DNA of 64,000 nucleotides from Candidatus Bathyarchaeota archaeon (GTDB lineage Archaea; Thermoproteota; Bathyarchaeia; Bathyarchaeales; Bathycorpusculaceae): NCBI GenBank assembly GCA_963832745.1, contig CAWHVC010000001.1, positions 672,001 to 736,000 of the forward strand, read 5' to 3'. Shown piece by piece: positions 60,316 to 64,000 of this stretch (position 1 is its first letter; each line of letters starts with the position of its first letter). The notes under the pieces were generated by a model. It saw only the letters and a program-made list of their open reading frames with translations, ran no database searches and was not told where the DNA came from. The position numbers and the translations under genes were made by a program.

Positions 60316-60471
60316 AAAAAGAGTTAGCGTGCTTTTCGGTTCAGTTCTTGATTGATAGTTGTTTTTGGTTTCTAAGGGAGCAAGCATGTGGTTGACAGAG
60401 AAGATTATATATCGGAATTTAAATGATTGATAAAATAAAACATTTAAATTATTAAGCAAGAAGGGTAGAAA

Positions 60472-62064
60472 TTGGACAAAACAAAAAACGGTTACAAAAT
60501 TGTTTTAACCGCAGACCGAACACTCATGAGCGAATACAACGGAGGCATATTTCTAGGCTTCAGCGCCTGCATTCCACGCGGAGTAATACCTGACAAGCTC
60601 TACTTTTCACTATTTTGCCCATCTATACAGGTTAACAAGGACGGGTCAGCCAAGTACGCGCCATGTGGAACAAGAAAAATGGAAGCCGAACTTCTAAAAA
60701 ACGGGTACAGCCCAAACGATGTCATCGTCGCACACCCTGACCACCTTGACAAAGTCGTTGGACCAAACACAAAAGCCCTTTGCATAACAGGAAATGACCC
60801 CTTAGGCATGGGACCAGCCACATCCACATTTAGGAACCTGTTCGGCGGCCAATCCTATATGGAACTCAAATTCAAAGAAATCCTAAACAACCCCGCCGTC
60901 CAAAAATACAAGCCCAAAATTATCGTTGGCGGAGCAGGCGCGTGGCAACTGGAAGAGGAGCAGGTGCGAAAAACCTTGGGCGTTGACTGCGTGGTTATTG
61001 GTGAAGGAGAAAAAGCGATGGATTCACTTTTTACTTCAACAGCTCTTGAAGAGCCCTGGCCGGGAGTTGTTAACGCCCCAGTTGTAGCTGAACCAGACAT
61101 CCCACTTATTCAAAACGGCACAATCGACGGTATTGTGGAGATTTCCCGTGGCTGCGGCAGAGGTTGTGCATTCTGTGTGCCTACTCTTCAACAGTACCGT
61201 TGTCGTTCTATAGAGAGCATTCTAAAGGAGGTTGATGTTAACCTTAAAGCTGGAAGACGCCCTTTGCTTCACGCAGAAGACGTCCTCAGATATAAAGCCA
61301 AAGGTTTTGAAATAAATGAGCCAGCAGTAAAGGAACTCTTTGATACTGTTTACCATCACCATGGCGTTAAAGCGGTGGCGATTAGCCATTTTGCGCTTTC
61401 CTCTGTAGTAAGCGCTCCAAACCTAATCAAGGATTTATCACAGATTTTGGATGTGACAAGTGACAGTTTATGGATGAGCGGTCAATGTGGTGTTGAAACA
61501 GGCAGCCCAAAAATTATCAAGAACCTGATGGCAGGCAAAGCTAAACCGTTCTTGCCTGATGATTGGCCAGAGGTTGTCGAGAAAGGCTTCCAGATTTTAA
61601 ACGAGAACAATTGGGTTCCAGTAGCCACTTTAATCATTGGTTTACCTGACGAGGAAGAAGAAGACACCCAACTAACAATTGACCTTGTAGAAAGGCTCAA
61701 GGAACACAAAAGCCTAATTGTGCCCTTATTCATGGTCAGTGAAGGCGGATTAAAAGGCAAATCAGAATCCTTCACCATGGACAAAATCAACCGTATACAA
61801 TCAGAGCTTTTTCTTAAATGCTGGCAACATAACCTTGACTGGAGCGGCACACTTATCAAAGAATATTTTGCTCAAAGCATTACAAGGGGCTATGGTATGC
61901 GGCTAGTTTTTGGGTATGGCGTTAAAGAAGCAAACAAGTTGATTAAGCAATGCAAGGACGAGTATAATTATGACATGAACACCATGATTAAAGATGTCAA
62001 GGCAGGCAAAATCAAGATTGGACCATTGCCGGCAAGGCTCCTTTACAAGGTTGTAAAGCACTAA
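60472..62064 (+). CDS. Radical SAM protein with B12-binding-like N-terminal domain
   Basis: EISRGCGRGCAFC (CxxxCxxC), IIVGGAGAW, GEGE, GVETGS. Confidence 0.88.
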   Translation: MDKTKNGYKIVLTADRTLMSEYNGGIFLGFSACIPRGVIPDKLYFSLFCPSIQVNKDGSAKYAPCGTRKMEAELLKNGYSPNDVIVAHPDHLDKVVGPNTKALCITGNDPLGMGPATSTFRNLFGGQSYMELKFKEILNNPAVQKYKPKIIVGGAGAWQLEEEQVRKTLGVDCVVIGEGEKAMDSLFTSTALEEPWPGVVNAPVVAEPDIPLIQNGTIDGIVEISRGCGRGCAFCVPTLQQYRCRSIESILKEVDVNLKAGRRPLLHAEDVLRYKAKGFEINEPAVKELFDTVYHHHGVKAVAISHFALSSVVSAPNLIKDLSQILDVTSDSLWMSGQCGVETGSPKIIKNLMAGKAKPFLPDDWPEVVEKGFQILNENNWVPVATLIIGLPDEEEEDTQLTIDLVERLKEHKSLIVPLFMVSEGGLKGKSESFTMDKINRIQSELFLKCWQHNLDWSGTLIKEYFAQSITRGYGMRLVFGYGVKEANKLIKQCKDEYNYDMNTMIKDVKAGKIKIGPLPARLLYKVVKH

Positions 62065-62210
62065 ACAGACAACTTTTCTTTATTTTTATTTTGTGGATAG
62101 AAGGTTTAACTTCGAATTAACTTTTTTATTTAAAGATTTAACGTTAACAGAGAGCATAGTTTATTTTCAGGTAGCCAAGAAAATATTAGGGTAACGTAGG
62201 GCAGCTTCGC

Positions 62211-63308
62211 TTGACCAGCATACAAACTCCAGTTTCATTCAAGAAATGGATCATAATTTCTGCAGCCATAGGATATGCCTCACTCATCATTTACCTACTC
62301 TACTTTGTCGGGTTTTTTGAGTTAATAGATACCATCCAAAAAGTCAACGTTGGCACTTACCTTTTAGCAATTACTTCCGTAATCGTTTCCATTACACTTC
62401 ACGCCCTTGTCTGGTTCAAACTCCTGCATTATGTCGGCATTAAGCTGAGTTTCAGAAGAACAAACGTGCTTTACTGGCTTGGCGTATTCGTGGACAATCT
62501 TATCCCAGGCGGATGGTCCGGCGACCTCTTCAAAGCATACTTGCTTGGCAAAGAACCAGGAATCGACGGCGGCAAAGCGGTAGCGTCTGTTGTTGCCAAA
62601 AACATGTACGAAGCCATCTTTAACTTGGGAAACATGGTACTGGGGCTTGTCCTGCTTTTGCTTAATTACAGTTTTGAAGGCACAATCTTGCTTGGAATAG
62701 CCGCAGTTATGTTGCTGTTGACAGTGCCACTGTTTCTGTTGATGATTATCAGTTTTAAACCTAAAGGCGCAAAGAAACTCATTGCTATGCTTATCCGTGG
62801 AATAGCACAGTTTTCTAAAAACAAAATTAACCTCTCCAAGTTTCAAGGGGAAATAAACAAGCTTTTAGATGATTACCACGAAGGCATGAAGATTCTAATA
62901 AAAAACCCAAAAATGCTTGGGCAACCAATGCTTATCTCTTTCTTTGCGTGGGGGTCTGAAATTTTAACGCTTTACCTCGTGTTTGCTTCGCTAGGCTTTT
63001 TTGTGGATGCAGATAAAATCATTATTGTTCGTTCAATCGCAGGCAACGTTGAATCTCAGGGGTACGCGTTTGCAGGTTACGCCCAAATAATCACCACTGC
63101 TTTATACACGGCGTTAGGTATAGTCCCAGCCGTTGCAGCCTCCGTAGGCATCCTTGGCAGTGTAGTAATGTTCTGGTTAAAAACAGGAATATCTTACGTT
63201 GCATTTCACTGTGTGGTTTTTGCGGGTTGTGCAGGTTATTTGTGTAGGATTGTTAGGGCATCTGATTCTTGCAAGACAAATAGTAAAGATTCAAAAGGCA
63301 AAGGGTAA
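62211..63308 (+). CDS. Lysylphosphatidylglycerol synthase TM / UPF0104 flippase-like protein
   Basis: FVDNLIPGGWSGDLFKAY..., multiple TM helices. Confidence 0.8.
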   Translation: MTSIQTPVSFKKWIIISAAIGYASLIIYLLYFVGFFELIDTIQKVNVGTYLLAITSVIVSITLHALVWFKLLHYVGIKLSFRRTNVLYWLGVFVDNLIPGGWSGDLFKAYLLGKEPGIDGGKAVASVVAKNMYEAIFNLGNMVLGLVLLLLNYSFEGTILLGIAAVMLLLTVPLFLLMIISFKPKGAKKLIAMLIRGIAQFSKNKINLSKFQGEINKLLDDYHEGMKILIKNPKMLGQPMLISFFAWGSEILTLYLVFASLGFFVDADKIIIVRSIAGNVESQGYAFAGYAQIITTALYTALGIVPAVAASVGILGSVVMFWLKTGISYVAFHCVVFAGCAGYLCRIVRASDSCKTNSKDSKGKG

Positions 63309-63413
63309 GAACAATAAATAGGTCTACCATGTAAGCGTTGAATTGGGTAGCAACAGCTTAAATATTTGAAAAGACCCTTTTTTTAGGTAAGCACCAAGTG
63401 AGAGTGTTTTTTT

Positions 63414-63611
63414 ATGCCAGAACATATGGAAATTTCTTCAGACAGTATGGGAAAAATGAAGCAGGCAGCAAATCAATTCAAAGATACATTAGTAGAATAT
63501 TTCAAAGAAAACAATGTGGAAATAAAAGATTGGAAATTCGGCGTTGAAAACAGTGAAGGCAACTACATAATTGATGCTGCATTAAAAATCAAAATAAGCC
63601 CAAAAAAATAA
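63414..63611 (+). CDS. Small hypothetical protein
   Basis: 65 aa ORF with TATA-like TTAAATA upstream. Confidence 0.65.
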   Translation: MPEHMEISSDSMGKMKQAANQFKDTLVEYFKENNVEIKDWKFGVENSEGNYIIDAALKIKISPKK

Positions 63612-63639
63612 ACTATCCCCCATTTTTTGGAGCCTGTTA

Positions 63640-63948
63640 GTGCAAAATAAAAATCAGTATAATCAAGTAATTTTAAAGCTTATAACAGAACTCTTTGCTA
63701 ACCCTGTTATCCAGTTTTTTCTTGACCCCATGATACCTAAACTTATCACCTTTTACCTACAAAGATACCTTAACAATTGGCAAAAAAAGGGATTAATAAA
63801 AAAGTATCATGTTGAAGTTCAACGGTTAGGCAAACTCTACTACAAAATAGGTTTACACGCTTTAGCAGCAGAAAAAGAAACAAACATTTCAGTACTAAAC
63901 TACATTTCCAGCAGGGTCGAGAATATTCTTAATCAAACAATTAAATAA
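63640..63948 (+). CDS. Hypothetical protein
   Basis: 102 aa ORF with GTG start and GGAG RBS. Confidence 0.55.
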   Translation: MQNKNQYNQVILKLITELFANPVIQFFLDPMIPKLITFYLQRYLNNWQKKGLIKKYHVEVQRLGKLYYKIGLHALAAEKETNISVLNYISSRVENILNQTIK

Positions 63949-64000
63949 AATAAGAAAAGGTTGGGCTGATTTTTTATTCAGCGTTTGCTGAAGTGTCAAC

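Overview
Archaeal chromosome segment, most consistent with Bathyarchaeia (inferred from the short archaeal PurA, TATA-box promoters, GGAGGTGA-type RBS, integrase type, and NosD/Kelch/zinc-ribbon families). The first ~22 kb is a visibly AT-richer accessory/defence island. It holds (i) a tightly coupled operon of C5 DNA methyltransferase, PRTase-like protein, ORC/CDC6-like STAND ATPase and a tandem CARF-like protein, with a divergent Vsr; (ii) a decayed integrative element (DUF3987-like ATPase, tyrosine recombinase, RHH protein) carrying a fragmented GHKL/MORC-type ATPase; and (iii) a DUF2075 helicase, Nudix and SauUSI-like (PLD-helicase-DUF3427) operon. The remaining ~42 kb is host-like: HtpX, redox proteins, Hsp20, Lrp, three ammonium transporters with TrkH and an IT-family permease, a NapH-like/NosD pair, Isf, Hcp, HtrA, PurA, an ECF S component and a radical SAM protein. 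It also contains an isolated pair of contractile-injection-system genes (gp19-type tube and DUF4255) with no sheath or baseplate nearby. Non-coding highlights are a 28-bp motif present three times in intergenic DNA and a duplicated palindromic operator upstream of two transporter promoters. Many single-base frameshifts, several in short homopolymers, may be long-read errors. I saw no rRNA, tRNA or CRISPR array. All family calls come from motif recognition by eye, not database searches.
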